From assembly GCF_036321535.1 (NCBI RefSeq), contig NC_087447.1, positions 32,490,001-32,554,000 of the forward strand: a stretch of 64,000 nt of DNA, in the 5' to 3' direction. This document shows positions 62,944 to 64,000 of this stretch, in pieces. The number at the start of each line of letters is the position of its first letter. Position 1 is the stretch's first letter. The notes under the pieces were generated by a model. The model had not been told where the DNA came from, made no database searches, and saw nothing but the letters and a program-made list of their open reading frames with translations. The DNA is from Camelus dromedarius (Eukaryota). The translations under genes were made by a program, and so were the position numbers.

Positions 62944-64000
62944 TCAGAGCATTCTCCCTCCCAGTCTTTGTAGCTATGTCCCTGGTGCAGTATCTTTAAG
63001 TACACAGAGAGAGCCACGGTATGTGTGCACCCACAGTGTTCCTGGCTGCAGAGAAACACGAATATGTTTTCAAGTAACAGGCATTCCTTTCAAACACGGA
63101 CAAGCATTAAGTATGTGACACTTCTATTACACTGATTGACATTTCATTATCTAAATGCCTAACCTTCTTTTTGCTTTGGGATAATTAGTTGTCAGTTCCC
63201 TGAAGCAATTACATTTTCAGTGTTACTCCAGTTCTTCAAAGGGCGATGGGGACACTAAAAAAATCTTATATTTCAGACCAAAGAAAAGTCCTGAGAAAAA
63301 TGCCCTGATCTCAAATGGTTCTGAAAAAAATGAGCCACTGAAAACAATAATACATAAATAAATACCCTCTTACATTACCTTGAGGAAGCACAGAAAAACA
63401 AATTATTTGAATCAGCATCTCATCAGTGAAGTACAGAGGTTAGGCAAGATCACGGAGATTTTTTTCCAGAAGTGAGAGTTGTAATTCTAAGAGTTGGTGG
63501 CATCTGTCATTATGCCAATCCTAAAGTTTCTTTCAAAATGTGGTTACCTCATCTGACCTCTTACCTTAGAAATAAATTGCCATTTAATTTTATATATCTG
63601 TGTATTCAGCATCTCCTTCACATTGCTAGACCTTTTTTTCCCTTTGGTAATTTCTCTCTTCTTGGTAGCTTCATACCACTTGTAGAAGAAATACCATTTT
63701 TTTTTTTTGGTGCCAGACTTTATTGAATTTTTAAGTAAGTTCAGATTCACTCTGTAGCACTGGGAGAATGGAAATGAAGATACAGATGATACACGGGAAC
63801 AGATAGAGTGCACAGGGTCAGGCTTGAAAGGAAGTGGCTACTAGAAGTGGACACTGGAATGACTTTAAGCTGGTGATGGCCACAGGTATAGTAACGAGAA
63901 ACCAAGAGGGGGAAGAAAGGGAGAGCAGCCCTTGCCTGAGCTGTCAGTACAGAGCATAAACAGAGTGGCCTAGAGCAAGGACTTAGTTGGAGGTGAGTGT

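Overview
This is AT-rich, CpG-poor placental-mammal genomic DNA, intronic or intergenic. I recognise no protein-coding gene, RNA gene, CRISPR array or prokaryotic system. The ORF track consists of decayed LINE-1 fragments, microsatellite read-throughs and chance ORFs. The window is dominated by layered transposon fossils: ancient MIR, L2 and L3/CR1; hAT and Tigger MITEs (MER53, MER20, MER5A, MER8/Tigger2-like); MaLR LTRs (MLT1); ERV1-type solo LTRs; old L1M elements; and three younger L1 insertions with cetartiodactyl-type 3' UTRs. The L1 at 57.1-57.8 kb resembles camelid L1 as I recall it, and I saw no Alu, B1, Bov-A/BovB, PRE-1, CHR or Can-SINE, so a camelid source is my tentative inference. 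The most notable structures are two independent 5'-inverted (twin-primed) L1 insertions, an ERV1 LTR splitting a palindromic MER53, a CpG-rich and apparently intact solo LTR promoter at 34.9-35.5 kb, a non-coding exon-like cassette at 45.24-45.35 kb, and several compound microsatellites. I did not find a new biological system. Repeat family names come from recall of consensus sequences, not from a search, and boundaries of old elements are approximate.
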